From Methanosarcina horonobensis HB-1 = JCM 15518 (GTDB lineage Archaea; Halobacteriota; Methanosarcinia; Methanosarcinales; Methanosarcinaceae): DNA of 24,000 nt. The notes beneath the pieces were generated by a model. The model was given only the letters and a program-made list of their open reading frames with translations, did no database searches and was not told the origin of the DNA. The DNA is taken from the NCBI RefSeq assembly GCF_000970285.1, contig NZ_CP009516.1, positions 761,036 to 785,035 of the forward strand. The letters are read 5' to 3'. The position numbers and the translations under genes are program-made. Shown here piece after piece: positions 22,930 through 24,000 of the stretch (its first letter is position 1; every line of letters begins with the position of its first letter).

Positions 22930-24000
22930 ATGTCAATTCAACCATTTCAAATAGATATTCCTCAGGCTGTACTTCAGGACCTCAAGGAGCGGCTCGCACG
23001 AACCCGCTGGCCGGATGAAGTTAAAGGCGCGGGCTGGGACTATGGCACAAACTTAGACTACCTGAAAGGTCTGGTAGATTACTGGCAAAATAAGTACGAC
23101 TGGCGTGTTCAGGAGGCAGAACTTAATCGATTTAATTAATTCCGTGCCGAAGTTGACGGTATTGGCATCCATTTTATTTACGAGCACGGGAAGGACCCTA
23201 ATCCGATCCCGATTATCCTTACTCACGGCTGGCCTGATTCGTTCTATCGGTTCCATAAAGTTATCCCGATGTTGATCGACCCTGCAGGATACGGTGGCAA
23301 TCCGAACAATTCTTTTGATGTAATTGTGCCGTCAATTCCGGGATACGGCTTTTCAGATCGCAAGGCAATGACAGAGGATGCTGTTGCCGATTTGTGGGTA
23401 AAGCTCATGACCAAAGTACTCGGATACGAAACATTTGCAGCCGCAGGTGGTGACTACGGCACACTTATTACCAGATCTCTGGCACTTAACTATCCTGACC
23501 TGTTAATGCTATCCACCTGACTGATGTCGGATACCCTGACAGCGGTACCGATTTCTCTATCCTGTCTCCGGTAGAACAGGAATTTGCGGGTTTCATTCAA
23601 AAGTGGTGGATGGAAGAAGGAGCCTTTAATATGGTCCAATCTACCAGGCCGCAAAGCCTTGCTTACGGTTTGAACGACTCCCCGGTCGGTTTGGCGGCCT
23701 GGATATTGAGTTTCATGAACGCAGGGGTTTCTATAGACCTTGAAGAGCGCTTCACCAAAGACGAACTGCTTACCAATATTATGATCTACTGGGTAACCGA
23801 GACTATCAATTCCTCTATTCGCATATACTATGAGATGGCTCATGCGATGCCGTCACCAAATCGAGGGCAGCGCAGCAAGGTTCCTGCGGCAGTGGCACAC
23901 ATGCCATTGGATGCTCCATTGCCTCGCGAATGGGCTGAACGCAATGTGAATCTGAAACGTTTTACAGGAATGCCCCGTGGCGGTCATTTTTCTGCGTGGG
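22930..24000 (+). pseudogene. Epoxide hydrolase (EH N-terminal domain plus alpha/beta-hydrolase fold), disrupted; continues past window end
   Basis: Three colinear pieces of one protein. (1) 22930-23136: MSIQPFQIDIPQAVLQDLKERLARTRWPDE...ELNRFN. An in-frame TAA follows at 23137-23139. (2) The same frame continues FRAEVDGIGIHFIYEHG...ILTHGWPDSFYRFHKVIP...GGDYG...NYPDL. (3) After an apparent 1-nt deletion at about 23500-23502 the sequence continues in the next frame: VNAIHLTDVGYP...QSTRPQSLAYGLNDSPVGLAAWI...GGHFSAW, to the window edge. Confidence 0.85.

Noticed and set aside
23137-23139. In-frame stop in the epoxide hydrolase as programmed recoding (pyrrolysine or selenocysteine)
   Set aside because: The codon is TAA. 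Pyrrolysine in Methanosarcina is encoded by TAG and selenocysteine by TGA. A second independent lesion, the frameshift near 23500, also argues for a pseudogene.

Overview
This window looks like chromosomal DNA from a Methanosarcina-type methanogenic archaeon, at about 40% GC. Supporting markers are a minimal stand-alone NifB whose cluster-ligand residues fall at the positions I recall for M. acetivorans NifB, a DUF1608 S-layer-family protein with a PGF-CTERM signal, and a preQ0/archaeosine gene set. Left to right: the 3' end of an NHL-repeat surface protein, tRNA-Thr(GGU), a chorismate-lyase-like (DUF98) gene, a small conserved protein and a PNPOx-family flavoprotein. Next is a five-gene minus-strand cluster encoding a complete stressosome-type module: PAS-STAS RsbR-like, STAS RsbS-like, RsbT-like kinase and RsbX-like PP2C phosphatase. 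Its apparent output is a histidine kinase carrying an RsbU N-terminal domain. Then follow a small hypothetical gene, a PurM/AIR-synthase-related protein, a 2x[4Fe-4S] ferredoxin and nifB. After these come queD, queE, a DUF366 gene abutting queE, and queC, then an MJ0936-type phosphodiesterase. The rest holds a 1100-aa S-layer-family protein, a second metallophosphoesterase, a hydantoinase/oxoprolinase-family protein and an epoxide-hydrolase pseudogene with one nonsense codon and one frameshift. I found no CRISPR array, intact mobile element or recognisable defence system. The best candidates for undescribed biology are the archaeal stressosome-to-histidine-kinase module with its Cys-rich PAS sensor, and DUF366 inside the 7-deazaguanine operon. 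Several structured intergenic repeats are also reported. All family assignments come from reading motifs by eye and need profile searches to confirm.
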